Shown in pieces: positions 38,863 through 49,915 of a stretch of DNA of 64,000 nucleotides. This stretch comes from a virus (Duplodnaviria > Caudoviricetes). The notes beneath the pieces were generated by a model. The model saw only the letters and a list, made by a program, of their open reading frames with translations. It searched no databases and was not told the origin of the DNA. How positions within the stretch are numbered: position 1 is the first letter of the stretch; the number at the start of each line of letters is the position of its first letter. The stretch lies in the IMG/VR virus record IMGVR_UViG_3300020414_000007, positions 1 to 64,000 of that record; one strand, 5' to 3'. Made by a program: the position numbers and the translations under genes.

Positions 38863-39360
38863 TCAATCAATTACAGTGATCTCGCTTACGTACTGTCCTG
38901 TGGCACTTGTACCTGCCCCACCAGCTGTCACAGTAAGAATACCTGCACTGGTTACAGTACCTGCGAGAGTATCTTTGGTGCCTGCTGCATATGTCGTAAG
39001 TGATCCGTAGTTAGGATTAGCACCTAGAGTTGTTGCACTTGTAGGCAAGGCATCAGCTTGGGTGTAGCTTTGGCTAAAGCTGAAAGCCGCCCCTGCTGTG
39101 TCCTGTGTGGCAGCGATCGTGCCAGGATTATACACACCTGAAGTGATAGTGCCTGCAGAAACAGTGCCTGCAGTTGACCCGTCCGTAGTATCAATATTTG
39201 ATCCTGAAATACTAAACGAAGAACCAATTCTTGTCGCAGTGGATCTTGCAGCGTCAACTGTAAGTTGCACACTGGCAGAATGTTTAGTAACGAGACCACC
39301 TGCTTGGGCAGCACCCGCTGTCATCAATAACATAACGAGAGGTAGAAAGGCTCGTTTCAT
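38863..39360 (-). CDS. exported Thr/Ser/Gly-rich beta protein
   Basis: MKRAFLPLVMLLMTAGAAQA signal peptide; minus-strand late promoter CTAAATA at 39394..39388. Confidence 0.78.
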   Translation of the reverse strand: MKRAFLPLVMLLMTAGAAQAGGLVTKHSASVQLTVDAARSTATRIGSSFSISGSNIDTTDGSTAGTVSAGTITSGVYNPGTIAATQDTAGAAFSFSQSYTQADALPTSATTLGANPNYGSLTTYAAGTKDTLAGTVTSAGILTVTAGGAGTSATGQYVSEITVID

Positions 39361-39466
39361 ATACCCCACCGAATATAGTTTCAAAGCTATTTAGACAAAG
39401 AAAAAAGTTTAGAGTAAACCGAAATTATATATACGGTATTCCTCAGCACACTTCACGCTAAATATA

Positions 39467-39519
39467 TGTGGTTGCCTTCGGGGACCACACAATACAAACT
39501 CGCTTTATAAGGAGCTATG
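39467..39519 (+). promoter_or_regulatory. structured hsp20 leader, ROSE-like RNA thermometer candidate
   Basis: TGTGGT..C(TTCG)G..ACCACA hairpin, then CTCGCTT pairing with SD AAGGAG. Confidence 0.55.
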
Positions 39520-39990
39520 GACATTACTAAGTTTACGTCGAAAGACATCGACGCTATTTTTGATGCGTCACAAAGATTTTCAGTAGGTTTTGACGACCTA
39601 TTTTACCGCTTGCATTCCTACGGAGTAGGGACACCAGGCGGTCAGTATCCTCCCTACAATATCGTCAAGGAATCTAATATCAAATGGAGGATCGAATTAG
39701 CACTAGCTGGATGGGCACCAGAGGACATTGAGGTATCGACGGAGAGTAATGTCCTACTCATCAAGTCAAAGGCGGCGAATGATAAGAAAGAAGAGTATGT
39801 GCATCGGGGCGTTGCCACTCGATCATTCGCACGAGGTTTCAATCTGTCCGATGATGTGGAAGTCGGCACAGTCAGCTTCACAAACGGGATGCTTGTGGTA
39901 GAATTGCAGAAGATCATCCCCGATCATCAGAAGCTGAAGATTTATGAAATTGGTAATCCGTTGGCTAACACATCCACTGACTCAAATTAA
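39517..39990 (+). CDS. hsp20: small heat shock protein
   Basis: YPPYNI, ELALAG, HRGVATRSF, NGML. Confidence 0.95.
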   Translation: MDITKFTSKDIDAIFDASQRFSVGFDDLFYRLHSYGVGTPGGQYPPYNIVKESNIKWRIELALAGWAPEDIEVSTESNVLLIKSKAANDKKEEYVHRGVATRSFARGFNLSDDVEVGTVSFTNGMLVVELQKIIPDHQKLKIYEIGNPLANTSTDSN

Positions 39991-40135
39991 TTTGTTACTG
40001 GTTGGGTTTCTTATTATTGTTGGTATGATTCATAACCATGCTCACTATACTATGGACCAAGATGCTGACTCTTATGTCAGAGCATGGTGTAAAAAGAATC
40101 CTGATACCTGCCAAAGTTACATCAATGATTACTGA
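39944..40135 (+). CDS. small membrane protein
   Basis: TM helix, HNHAH, WCKKNPDTC. Confidence 0.65.
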   Translation: MKLVIRWLTHPLTQINLLLVGFLIIVGMIHNHAHYTMDQDADSYVRAWCKKNPDTCQSYINDY

Positions 40136-40151
40136 TATATAGTGTATAACT

Positions 40152-40176
40152 AAAGAGTCCCGAGGGACTCTTTTTT
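40152..40176 (+). terminator. intrinsic terminator
   Basis: AAGAGTCCC-GA-GGGACTCTT followed by a T run. Confidence 0.8.
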
Positions 40177-40190
40177 ATTTGGAGAAGCTT

Positions 40191-40433
40191 ATGCAGTACT
40201 ACGCCAATTTATGTGCTCCATACGCCGAGAAGAATGCTACACTAACTATTGATCTACCTGCAGAGGATATGGATCAATTTATGGAGTTGGTGCACATTCT
40301 AAAGGAGGAGAAAAACCTATCAGCTCGACGTGCCTTTACAGATATGGTAAAGTATACTTATGAACACCTAATGCAAAAAGATTATGACCGTAAAAATCGC
40401 AAGAATGCAAAGCGGGGAAGACGTAATCGCTGA
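40191..40433 (+). CDS. hypothetical protein
   Basis: SD GGAG upstream. Confidence 0.6.
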   Translation: MQYYANLCAPYAEKNATLTIDLPAEDMDQFMELVHILKEEKNLSARRAFTDMVKYTYEHLMQKDYDRKNRKNAKRGRRNR

Positions 40434-40815
40434 TATCAAGGAGATTCGTGAATCTCCTGATGCGACCGCTGCACTTGCCTATGAATTCAATGAAGCGTGG
40501 ACTGTTATGGTCCGCCGTCCTGCAGAAGAAATGTTTCTGCAGGAAGACTCAGATCCTGTAGAATCCCTAAAGGATATGCAGGTTGAATTTTTCCCATGGT
40601 CACCCATGACAAAGGGTAGAAGTGTTGTCACCCTGTATTCTGTGGTAAGTCTATCTGAGCCTCATGACAATGTGCTCAATGGTTACCAAGAAATCCTAGA
40701 AAAATCTAAATCCCTTTATACTAATGCTGAAATTGATCATTCTCACACACCACCCGCAGACCTACTTGTTGGGGAAGGTGACGGAGATGGACGAGGAACC
40801 GAGTTTATTACTTGA
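40384..40815 (+). CDS. Sm-like hypothetical protein
   Basis: SGEDVIADIKE, FFPW; typical neighbour upstream of g43. Confidence 0.7.
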   Translation: MTVKIARMQSGEDVIADIKEIRESPDATAALAYEFNEAWTVMVRRPAEEMFLQEDSDPVESLKDMQVEFFPWSPMTKGRSVVTLYSVVSLSEPHDNVLNGYQEILEKSKSLYTNAEIDHSHTPPADLLVGEGDGDGRGTEFIT

Positions 40816-40969
40816 GGATTGCTTCAGCATCACACCCGAGGGTGAGTTGCAAGAGTATCCACTACACACTGACCAACGTTTCGTCTTCTTGACTTCGGAG
40901 CAATGTATGTCTATACTAGATCCGTCAGGCGTCATCGTCACCAAATACAACAACGCAGTAAGTGAGTAA
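40724..40969 (+). CDS. hypothetical protein
   Basis: Overlaps the g43 start. Confidence 0.6.
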   Translation: MLKLIILTHHPQTYLLGKVTEMDEEPSLLLEDCFSITPEGELQEYPLHTDQRFVFLTSEQCMSILDPSGVIVTKYNNAVSE

Positions 40970-43472
40970 TTTTTATACATCCGCAGTCCTACTTGGAGAT
41001 GATATTCTCATTCGTGGATATGAAGACGGTCGCCCCGTCAAGTATCGTGAGAAATCTTCTCCTACCATGTTTCTGGTCCCTGAAGTCCAGTCAAAAAAGT
41101 CTAAATTCAAGACCCTTGATGGTCGTTATGCTCACCCTAAAAGGTTTGATGGTGCTCGTGAAGCGCGAGAGTTTATCAAACAGTATGAGGGTGCTGCAGG
41201 ACTAGAAGTCCATGGGTATGAGCGGTTTGTATATCAACATATCGCCCAGAAGTTTCCTGGCGAAATTGATTATGATATGTCCCAGATGAAAATCTATACG
41301 ATTGACATCGAGGTGGCATGTGAAAATGGATTCCCTGATGTGCAAGCATCCGCTGAGGAAATGCTGTGCATTACCATCAAGGATTTTAATACTAAGAAGA
41401 TTATCACTTGGGGTAGTCGTGAGTTTACCCCACCTAAAGATGTTGAGTATCGTGTCTTCTGGACAGAAGCAGAAATGCTTACCGACTTCCATAAGTGGTG
41501 GGTAGAAAATACTCCTGACATCATTACTGGTTGGAATAATAACCTGTATGACATTCCATATATCTGTAGACGCATTGAGCGTGTGCTAGGTGAGAAGTGG
41601 AAGAAGTCTCTGTCACCATGGAATCGTGTGCTTGAGAGGGAGATTGTCATTCAAGGTCGCACCAACCTTGCTTATCAACTGACAGGTGTCGCCATCCTAG
41701 ATTACCTTGATCTGTATAAGAAATTTACTTATACAAACCAAGAATCGTATCGACTTGACCACATTGCACATGTGGAATTGAATGATGCAAAACTAGATCA
41801 CTCGGAGTTTGAAAACTTCAAGGACTTCTATACGTCTGACTGGCAACGCTTCGTGGAATATAACATCCACGACGTGAATCTGGTTGACAGTCTAGAAGAT
41901 AAGATGAAGTTGATCGAGTTGGCAGTTACCATGGCGTATGACGCTAAGGTAAACCTTGAGGATGTATATTCTCAGGTCCGTATGTGGGACACCCTGATCT
42001 ACAATGACTTGAAGAAACGGGGCATTGTTGTCCCCCCACGAATTACATCAAAGAAGGATGAAAAGTATGCAGGAGCCTACGTCAAAGAGCCAAAGGCAGG
42101 ACTATACGATTGGGTGGTTTCGTTTGACCTTAACTCTCTGTATCCTCACCTCATTATGCAGTATAATATTTCACCTGAAACCCTCGTCGATCAGAGACAC
42201 CCCACCGCCACTGTTGATGGACTGCTCAATCAAGAAGTATCCATCGGGAGTGGAGATTACTGTGTGTGCGCCAACGGAGCACAATACCGAAAGGACATCT
42301 TAGGATTCCTACCCGAAATGATGCAGAGGATCTACGATGAAAGGACCATTTATAAGAAACGAATGCTTGCCGCTAAGCAAGCTCTTGAAAATTCCTCCTC
42401 ACCTGCAGAGTCCGAGGCACTACAAAAGGATGTGTCCAAATTCAACAACATCCAAATGGCAAGAAAGATCCAACTCAACTCTGCCTATGGTGCCATCGGA
42501 AATCAATACTTCAGGTATTACAATCTGGCAAATGCTGAGGCGATTACTCTATCGGGACAGGTAAGCATCCGATGGATTGAAAACAAAATGAATGCTTACC
42601 TAAACAAAGTATTACAAACTAAAGATGATGATTACGTTATTGCTTCTGATACTGATTCCATCTATCTCAATCTGGGTCCTTTTGTACACAAGGTATTCAA
42701 GGGCAGAGAGGCGAGCGATGAGAGTATTGTTAGGTTCCTTGACAAGGTGTGTGAAGTGGAATTTGAGAAGTATATACGAAATTCTTATGAAGCGTTGGCG
42801 TCCTATGTAAATGCTTACGCTCAGAAGATGTTTATGAAGCGAGAGAATATCGCTAACAAAGGCATCTGGACTGCTAAGAAACGATACATCCTCAACGTTT
42901 GGAATAGTGAAGGTGTGCAGTATGCTCAACCTAAACTCAAGATGATGGGTATCGAAGCAGTTAAATCTTCCACTCCTGCACCCTGTCGTGTTGCTATTAA
43001 GGAAGCACTTAATGTAATCATGACTGGTAGTGAAGAGAAAACGCAGGAGTATATCAAAAACTTCCGTCAGAAGTTTGAGGCAATGCCACCCGAGGAAGTT
43101 GCTTTCCCCCGTGGGTGTAACAACGTTGCCAAGAATTCATCACCTGCCACCATCTATGGCAAGGGATGCCCTATGCATGTGCGAGGTGCACTGCTATACA
43201 ACTTCTATATTAAGAAGAAGAAACTATCTCATAAGTATCCTCTCATTCAAGAGGGGGAGAAGATCAAATATCTACACCTCAGGACACCTAACAAGATTAA
43301 CGAGAATGTCATCTCATTCTTTCAGACCTTGCCCAAGGAGTTTGACCTTGACAATTCCATAGACTTTGATCTACAATTCAAAAAGAGTTTCCTCGATCCT
43401 CTACAAGCAATTCTTGATACGATCGGGTGGAAAGCAGAGAAACAAGCATCACTGGAGTGGTTATTCGGATGA
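40962..43472 (+). CDS. g43: family B DNA polymerase
   Basis: DIE exonuclease, [24 protein letters not shown]. Confidence 0.98.
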   Translation: MSNFYTSAVLLGDDILIRGYEDGRPVKYREKSSPTMFLVPEVQSKKSKFKTLDGRYAHPKRFDGAREAREFIKQYEGAAGLEVHGYERFVYQHIAQKFPGEIDYDMSQMKIYTIDIEVACENGFPDVQASAEEMLCITIKDFNTKKIITWGSREFTPPKDVEYRVFWTEAEMLTDFHKWWVENTPDIITGWNNNLYDIPYICRRIERVLGEKWKKSLSPWNRVLEREIVIQGRTNLAYQLTGVAILDYLDLYKKFTYTNQESYRLDHIAHVELNDAKLDHSEFENFKDFYTSDWQRFVEYNIHDVNLVDSLEDKMKLIELAVTMAYDAKVNLEDVYSQVRMWDTLIYNDLKKRGIVVPPRITSKKDEKYAGAYVKEPKAGLYDWVVSFDLNSLYPHLIMQYNISPETLVDQRHPTATVDGLLNQEVSIGSGDYCVCANGAQYRKDILGFLPEMMQRIYDERTIYKKRMLAAKQALENSSSPAESEALQKDVSKFNNIQMARKIQLNSAYGAIGNQYFRYYNLANAEAITLSGQVSIRWIENKMNAYLNKVLQTKDDDYVIASDTDSIYLNLGPFVHKVFKGREASDESIVRFLDKVCEVEFEKYIRNSYEALASYVNAYAQKMFMKRENIANKGIWTAKKRYILNVWNSEGVQYAQPKLKMMGIEAVKSSTPAPCRVAIKEALNVIMTGSEEKTQEYIKNFRQKFEAMPPEEVAFPRGCNNVAKNSSPATIYGKGCPMHVRGALLYNFYIKKKKLSHKYPLIQEGEKIKYLHLRTPNKINENVISFFQTLPKEFDLDNSIDFDLQFKKSFLDPLQAILDTIGWKAEKQASLEWLFG

Positions 43473-44488
43473 CATCATCTTTTTTTGCGGACATTGTAAA
43501 TGAAATCGACAATGATTACGCCACCCTCGTGGCAGATGGAGTGTCTGCTGGGGATACAACAGGGTATATTGATACTGGTAGCTATATCTTTAATGGTCTG
43601 GTTAGTGGATCTATTTTTGGTGGAGTCCCCTCCAACAAAATCACTGCTATTGCAGGTGAGAGTAGCACTGGTAAGACTTTCTTTTGTCTTGGCGTTGTTA
43701 AGCACTTCTTGGAATCTAATCCTAATGCTGGAGTATTCTACTTCGAGTCCGAGTCTGCTATTAGCAAGACCATGATTGAGGAGCGCAACATCGATTCCAA
43801 GAGAATGTATGTTGTGCCTGTGACTACAGTGCAGGAGTTTAGGACTCAAGCAATCAGGTTGCTCGATAAATATATGGCACAACCTGAAGATAAGCGCCAA
43901 CCTATGTTGTTTGTGCTAGACTCTTTGGGTATGCTGTCCACCACTAAAGAGATTGAAGATTCTGAGGCAGGTAAAGAGACCAGAGATATGACAAGGGCAC
44001 AAGTTGTCAAGTCTATTTTCAGGATTCTCACACTTAAATTGGGTAAAGCAAATGTTCCTCTCATCGTTACCAATCATACATATGATGTCGTCGGCGCATA
44101 CGTCCCTACGAAAGAAATGGGTGGCGGTAGTGGTCTTAAGTATGCTGCGTCTACGATCATCTATCTTTCCAAGAAGAAAGAAAAGGATGGTAAGGAAGTA
44201 GTGGGTAACATTATCCACTGCAAGGCAGCAAAATCACGTCTTACAAAGGAGAATACACAAGTTGACACACGTCTTTACTACGACGAGCGTGGATTGGACA
44301 GGTATTACGGCTTACTGGAGTTGGGTGAGAAGCACGGAGTCTTCGAGCGGAGGGGGAATCGGGTTGTTGTTGGTGAATCTTCCGTTTATCCTTCTGCTAT
44401 TCTTGCCAATCCTGACAAATATTTCACGCCAGAAGTAATGCAAGCATTGGACGAAGCAGCAGCGAAGGAGTTTAGATATGGAAGCTGA
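43469..44488 (+). CDS. uvsX: RecA-like recombinase
   Basis: [20 protein letters not shown]. Confidence 0.95.
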   Translation: MTSSFFADIVNEIDNDYATLVADGVSAGDTTGYIDTGSYIFNGLVSGSIFGGVPSNKITAIAGESSTGKTFFCLGVVKHFLESNPNAGVFYFESESAISKTMIEERNIDSKRMYVVPVTTVQEFRTQAIRLLDKYMAQPEDKRQPMLFVLDSLGMLSTTKEIEDSEAGKETRDMTRAQVVKSIFRILTLKLGKANVPLIVTNHTYDVVGAYVPTKEMGGGSGLKYAASTIIYLSKKKEKDGKEVVGNIIHCKAAKSRLTKENTQVDTRLYYDERGLDRYYGLLELGEKHGVFERRGNRVVVGESSVYPSAILANPDKYFTPEVMQALDEAAAKEFRYGS

Positions 44489-45056
44489 TCTGAAGGGTTT
44501 TATCAAGGTCTATGATGGGGTCTTGGATGAAAACTTCTGTCGCAATGCCATCAAAAAGTTTGAAGAAGATCCAGTAGCACAGGAAAACTTTCACAATGAA
44601 GGTAGACCACACTTTACTCACCTAAATATATCGCTGGAAGCAGAAGGATCTCGTAAGGATCCTGTGTGGCAAAAGATACACAATGGATTGGTCTCTGGTG
44701 TTAAACTAGCAGCAGAGAAATACATGCACGATCTAGGGTGCTCTAACTTTTGGCCACCTAATCATGCTCTAGAGCAGATCCGTATGAAAAGATACAGGGT
44801 CGGTGGAGAGGATAGGTTTGATCGACACATTGATGTCGGTGACCATGATTCCGCTCGCAGATTCTTGGTCTTATTTTTCTATTTGAATGATGTGGAAGAG
44901 GGTGGTGAAACCGTCTTTACTGAGTTAGACTATAGCGTGAAACCTAAAACAGGTAGCGTGCTTATCTTTCCTCCAACGTGGCAGTATCCTCATGCAGGAC
45001 TTCCACCTATCAGTAACAACAAGTATATCGTAGGCACTTATCTCCACTATACATGA
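44478..45056 (+). CDS. 2OG-Fe(II) oxygenase (prolyl-4-hydroxylase-like)
   Basis: [19 protein letters not shown]. Confidence 0.9.
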   Translation: MEADLKGFIKVYDGVLDENFCRNAIKKFEEDPVAQENFHNEGRPHFTHLNISLEAEGSRKDPVWQKIHNGLVSGVKLAAEKYMHDLGCSNFWPPNHALEQIRMKRYRVGGEDRFDRHIDVGDHDSARRFLVLFFYLNDVEEGGETVFTELDYSVKPKTGSVLIFPPTWQYPHAGLPPISNNKYIVGTYLHYT

Positions 45057-46429
45057 CTTACAGCATTGAAGAGATTACTCTTAGTAAACTCATTCTTGAT
45101 TATGAATACACTAGAAAGGTCCTTCCTTTCATCAAAGATGAATACTTTGATACACTCCCCAATCGTATCCTATTCAATACGTTTGATGAGTATGTGAAAG
45201 AGTATACTGTCAACCCAGAGCCTAATGCTCTGAAGTTGGAAGTAGAAAAGCGTCGTGATATTACTGATGAAATCTATAGGGAGGTCGTATCCTTTCTCGA
45301 CAACCTAGACGAAACAACTTACAACGAAGATTGGTTGCTTAATACCACTGAGAAGTGGTGTAAGGAAAGAGCGATTTATCTGGCACTCATGGAGTCTGTA
45401 AAGATTGCTGATGGTCAGGATCAGACACGCTCTAAGGATGCTATTCCTTCCATCATGCAGGAAGCACTTGCTGTATGCTTCGATGACACCGTTGGTCACG
45501 ATTACATTGAGGACTATTCAGACCGCTATGACTACTATCACCGAAAGGAAGAAAAGATTCCCTTCGATATCTCTTATCTCAACAAGATCACAAAAGGTGG
45601 TCTCAGTAATAAGACTCTCAACATCGCTCTTGCTGGTACAGGCGTCGGCAAATCTCTATTCATGTGCCACATGGCTAGTGCCTCGCTCTTGCAGGGGCGC
45701 AACGTCCTCTACATTACAATGGAAATGGCAGAGGAGAAGATTGCTGAGCGAATTGACGCAAACCTTCTCGACATCAACATCCAAACGCTGAGTGATCCAA
45801 TGTATTCCAAGCAGAAATATACTTCTGCTATGGATAAGTTGAAGCATAAGACACAAGGTCGTCTGGTCATTAAAGAATACCCCACAGCATCAGCGCATGT
45901 GGGTCACTTTAAGGCACTCTTGAATGAGTTGAGCATGAAGAAAGGATTTGATCCTGACATCATCTTTGTTGATTACCTCAACATCTGTGCATCATCTCGT
46001 TACAAGGGCACCATCGTAAACTCTTACACATATGTGAAAGCAATCGCTGAAGAGTTGCGTGGTATGGCAGGTGAATATAATGTCCCTGTTGTTAGTGCCA
46101 CACAGACCACTCGTAATGGTTATGGTAACTCTGACGTTGAGTTGACTGACACCAGTGAATCATTCGGTTTGCCAGCAACTGCTGACTTGATGATTGCTTT
46201 GATCTCTACTGAAGAGATGGAGCAACTGAATCAGATCATGGTCAAACAGTTGAAAAATAGATATAATGATCCTACAGTAAACAAAAGGTTTGTTGTTGGG
46301 ATTGACAGAGCGAAGATGAGGTTGTATGATTGTGAGCAGTCAGCACAAGATGATATCATCGACGCTGGAGACATTGAGTCTTCCTTTGACAAGAAACCAA
46401 AAACATCATTTCAAGAATTAAAAGTATGA
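45053..46429 (+). CDS. g41: replicative helicase
   Basis: AGTGVGKS, VDYLNI, SESFGLP, QLKNRY. Confidence 0.96.
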   Translation: MTYSIEEITLSKLILDYEYTRKVLPFIKDEYFDTLPNRILFNTFDEYVKEYTVNPEPNALKLEVEKRRDITDEIYREVVSFLDNLDETTYNEDWLLNTTEKWCKERAIYLALMESVKIADGQDQTRSKDAIPSIMQEALAVCFDDTVGHDYIEDYSDRYDYYHRKEEKIPFDISYLNKITKGGLSNKTLNIALAGTGVGKSLFMCHMASASLLQGRNVLYITMEMAEEKIAERIDANLLDINIQTLSDPMYSKQKYTSAMDKLKHKTQGRLVIKEYPTASAHVGHFKALLNELSMKKGFDPDIIFVDYLNICASSRYKGTIVNSYTYVKAIAEELRGMAGEYNVPVVSATQTTRNGYGNSDVELTDTSESFGLPATADLMIALISTEEMEQLNQIMVKQLKNRYNDPTVNKRFVVGIDRAKMRLYDCEQSAQDDIIDAGDIESSFDKKPKTSFQELKV

Positions 46430-47076
46430 GCGCACCTAAGTTTGGCAAAGACGGACCTAAAGGTATTGACGATGCTGCAGAGAGAATGAATTCTGCTGCT
46501 CGCGATAAGGTTGATAACATGCAGGAAGATGCACAGTCAATGGCATCTGACATGCCTAAAACTCCTGAAGAATTCCTAGAGGATGAGCGTTTCCGTGCAC
46601 CTGAAGCGCGTAAGATGATGGAGGAAAAGACTAAAGAGTCTAAGAAGAAGAAAGGTAAAGAGCCTGAAAAGTTTGAGGTTGACCTTGATGCATACACTGA
46701 GTTTGTTGACAAGGTTACCAGTGATCCTAGTAAGGATTTCAACACTCTGATTGCTCGCTATCGTGAGTTGCATGATGCAGGTTGTAAGATCGAGCGTCTT
46801 GACACTGCAGCATCTGGTATGTCTGCTGAGGCAGGTGAGTTTATGGAGATCGTTAAGAAACTGAAGTTTCAAGGTAAACCATACGACGAGAAAACCAAAG
46901 AGCACCTGCAGAAAGAGTTGGGTGATGTGATGTGGTATGTTGCACAAGCAGCAATGGCACTGGGTGTCCGTCTTGATGAGGTTATCTACCTCAATACTCT
47001 CAAACTTGCAGCACGTTATCCTGAAGGATTGTTTGAAGTTGAGAGATCTGAAAACCGCAAGGCAGGGGACATCTAA
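46426..47076 (+). CDS. mazG: MazG nucleotide pyrophosphohydrolase
   Basis: AEAGEF.E..KK, ELGDVMWY, KL..RYP. Confidence 0.92.
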   Translation: MSAPKFGKDGPKGIDDAAERMNSAARDKVDNMQEDAQSMASDMPKTPEEFLEDERFRAPEARKMMEEKTKESKKKKGKEPEKFEVDLDAYTEFVDKVTSDPSKDFNTLIARYRELHDAGCKIERLDTAASGMSAEAGEFMEIVKKLKFQGKPYDEKTKEHLQKELGDVMWYVAQAAMALGVRLDEVIYLNTLKLAARYPEGLFEVERSENRKAGDI

Positions 47077-47330
47077 TGCCCTTGTCTTGGTCAAGGGATC
47101 CACTTTTTAGTAAACGTAAATGCAGTGAAGGTATGTTGTTAATGTTGGAATTGCAGGAAGCTTTCGACGAGTTAGGTTGGGAAGCAGGCGCTGAGTATGA
47201 AATCTGCACCGCAGGGTGTCAGACATATGAAATCGATGGGCATGGCACTAAGTGGTCTCCTAAGAAGGGCACCAAGAAGTGCAACAAGGATGCTTTTATT
47301 GTTATCAAAAGGACTGATCTAAATAGTTAG
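47076..47330 (+). CDS. hypothetical protein
   Basis: TAATG coupling to mazG. Confidence 0.6.
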   Translation: MPLSWSRDPLFSKRKCSEGMLLMLELQEAFDELGWEAGAEYEICTAGCQTYEIDGHGTKWSPKKGTKKCNKDAFIVIKRTDLNS

Positions 47331-47348
47331 GTAGAAGTCTTCTGCCTG

Positions 47349-48665
47349 ATGGAAATATCTCAGTCAACTGCCAACTTAAATACTGGTAGTAATGATGTAG
47401 CAAAATATATACCTGCCATTGTTGAATTATTTCAGGGTGGGGATTTTAATGTTGCCTCTACCACAACTTCCTCTAGTGACACTGATGCACTAGAGGAGTT
47501 TTTAACGTACGCTAAACAGAATAAGAAGAAGCAAGCATGTGCTGTCCCATTCAAAGCAGCGAATGGGAAGATGTATGTCTTCGGTCAGATGAAGAAACCC
47601 AAGGTCTCTGCCAACATGGGTGACGTTGCAGAGGGTGTATTTGCTGCTGCTGTTGCCTGTAGATTTTTGAATAGAAATAGTAAAGTCAACACAAGTGATG
47701 TGTTTACTCTGCTTCATGGACTACCATCACCTACATCTAGGAATAAGGGAAAGGTAGCACAGCAAACTTACAAGGCACCCAATAAAGATACTGATGTAAA
47801 GGATGATGTCAAGTTGTACATTGCTCTTGCTTCAGCAAACATGTCATTCCTTTTAGATAATAAGTCTGAGTCTGCACTCAAGGAGTATGCTGATGCTGCT
47901 GTGAAGTATGCTAACGATGAGAAGGTAACCAAGTGGGCGAAGTTAGTATATGAGAATGGTAGATACGACAAGATAGAAGTTATCGCTGATGGTTTAGGTG
48001 GACAGCAGACAACAAAGGTTGATGTCCTAGTAAAAATCACAGATGATAAGAATGTGATGCAGGATGTTGATATCAAAGTATCACTGAAGGCAGGTGATGT
48101 TAAACAGTTTGGTCAACAGGGTGGCACTCTCTTTGAGAAGGTTGGTAACAAACCAGGATACAAAGAGTATTGGGAGAAATTGTTTGGCATTGATGTTTCA
48201 TCTAAGAAGGATGCATACAATAAATTAAAAGAGATCGAGCATGACACCTTTGGTGCAGTCAACATGTTGTATGATTATGTTGCAGATGTTGTGCAGAGTA
48301 AACTGAATAGTGATGATGCAATGGGAATGATGACCAAACTTGGTAGAGCGATTGATCACTATGCAACATCAAATGAAGAGCATGTTGAGTTGGTCCAACT
48401 GAATAGAGGTGATGCAAGGGTATATAACTTTGGTAATCTTGCAAACGTAATTGTCAATCAGGAATGGGACGTTGAATATAAGAAAGGTATGGGATCTGGT
48501 GGTGCATTACCTATCATTACGATACATAAGAAAGGTGAAACCACACAGCAACTCTTGATTCTTAGAGTCAAGGTTGAGAATATCAAAGGAGCACCATACT
48601 TTAGAAACTATGTTGAGAAGGGTCGCTACCTAGGCACCCTGATCGGTCGCTACGCCAGTGCCTAA
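47349..48665 (+). CDS. hypothetical protein, possible PD-(D/E)XK nuclease fold
   Basis: GDVAEG...KVDV...KVSLK; late promoter CTAAATA at 47319. Confidence 0.55.
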   Translation: MEISQSTANLNTGSNDVAKYIPAIVELFQGGDFNVASTTTSSSDTDALEEFLTYAKQNKKKQACAVPFKAANGKMYVFGQMKKPKVSANMGDVAEGVFAAAVACRFLNRNSKVNTSDVFTLLHGLPSPTSRNKGKVAQQTYKAPNKDTDVKDDVKLYIALASANMSFLLDNKSESALKEYADAAVKYANDEKVTKWAKLVYENGRYDKIEVIADGLGGQQTTKVDVLVKITDDKNVMQDVDIKVSLKAGDVKQFGQQGGTLFEKVGNKPGYKEYWEKLFGIDVSSKKDAYNKLKEIEHDTFGAVNMLYDYVADVVQSKLNSDDAMGMMTKLGRAIDHYATSNEEHVELVQLNRGDARVYNFGNLANVIVNQEWDVEYKKGMGSGGALPIITIHKKGETTQQLLILRVKVENIKGAPYFRNYVEKGRYLGTLIGRYASA

Positions 48666-48715
48666 AGTGTCCACTCGCACCCAGCCACCGCTTCATTCTG
48701 TCCTATAATAAAACC

Positions 48716-49915
48716 ATGAGCAAAAACACACACCTAGAGCACCTAGAGGACGACATCTTCAATCAAGGATATGCTGGCGCTACCAACGCTATCAACTTCC
48801 TTGAGTCCTTGCGTGACATGCTTACCACTGGTCACGGTGGTAGCAGCACTAAGGTAACCGTCAAGTGGGACGGTGCTCCTGCTATTATCTGTGGCACTGA
48901 CCCTAAGAATGGTGAGTTTTTCGTAGGCACTAAGTCAGTCTTCAATAAGACTGAGCCTAAGATTTGCTACAACGATGAGTTGATTGATTATTACTATCCT
49001 ACTGGTGCAATCGCTGGTATCCTGAAGCAGTGCCTCAAAGAGTTGAAGAAACTTCCCATTGAAGGTGTGGTCCAAGGTGACTTGTTGTATACAAAGACTC
49101 CACCTGTCGTAGTCATGGGTGGTAAGAGTTGTTATAAATTCAAACCCAACACCATCACATACTGTGTGGAGAAAAACACAGAGATGGGTAGCAAAGTGGG
49201 AGCATCTAATCTTGGTATTGTCTTCCACACCACTTACAGAGGTAGCAGTGTTGCTGATATGACAGCAGGATTTGGTGCTGATGTATCTGGTCTGCAGGGT
49301 GTTGCAGATGTCGCAGTCTTCTCATCTGAGTTTCAAAATGTAAATGGTATTGCTAACCTCTCCGCTGGTGAGATCACCAATATCAATATGACTATCGCTA
49401 AAGCAAAAAGAAACCTTCGCACTGGCAGCAGGTTTCTTAATGAGATTCAAAGGGCACAAGGACCACAGTCATTCGCACCTCCTGCTCTCTTCAAGATCTA
49501 CTTCAACCAAGTCATCCGTGGTGGTGTGATTCCTGACGCTACAGGTATTGCTAATGGGTATATCAAGTTTGTAAATGACAAATATGATGCAGAGATCGCT
49601 AAGAAAAAGACTGAGAGGTCACAGCAAGAGTGGACTAAACGTAAGACCAACGCAATTAAATACCTAAATAGTAACACATCTGTTATGAAATCAGCATTTA
49701 CAGGTTTCAAAGATCTGATTGCTGCAAAAGAGCAAGTGATAAATAAACTGAAGAAGATTGAAGGTATTGGCACCTTCCTAGAAGACGAGAATGGTTACAA
49801 AGCGACAAGTCCAGAAGGATTTGTGGCCATCAAAGATGGCACAGCACTCAAACTCGTCGATAGACTAGAGTTCTCTAGAGCAAACTTCACCGTAGCAAAA
49901 GACTGGGGTAAATGA
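48716..49915 (+). CDS. conserved phage protein with RNA/DNA-ligase-type nucleotidyltransferase motifs
   Basis: KWDG, QGDL, PEGFV, LKLVDR.EFS. Confidence 0.65.
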   Translation: MSKNTHLEHLEDDIFNQGYAGATNAINFLESLRDMLTTGHGGSSTKVTVKWDGAPAIICGTDPKNGEFFVGTKSVFNKTEPKICYNDELIDYYYPTGAIAGILKQCLKELKKLPIEGVVQGDLLYTKTPPVVVMGGKSCYKFKPNTITYCVEKNTEMGSKVGASNLGIVFHTTYRGSSVADMTAGFGADVSGLQGVADVAVFSSEFQNVNGIANLSAGEITNINMTIAKAKRNLRTGSRFLNEIQRAQGPQSFAPPALFKIYFNQVIRGGVIPDATGIANGYIKFVNDKYDAEIAKKKTERSQQEWTKRKTNAIKYLNSNTSVMKSAFTGFKDLIAAKEQVINKLKKIEGIGTFLEDENGYKATSPEGFVAIKDGTALKLVDRLEFSRANFTVAKDWGK

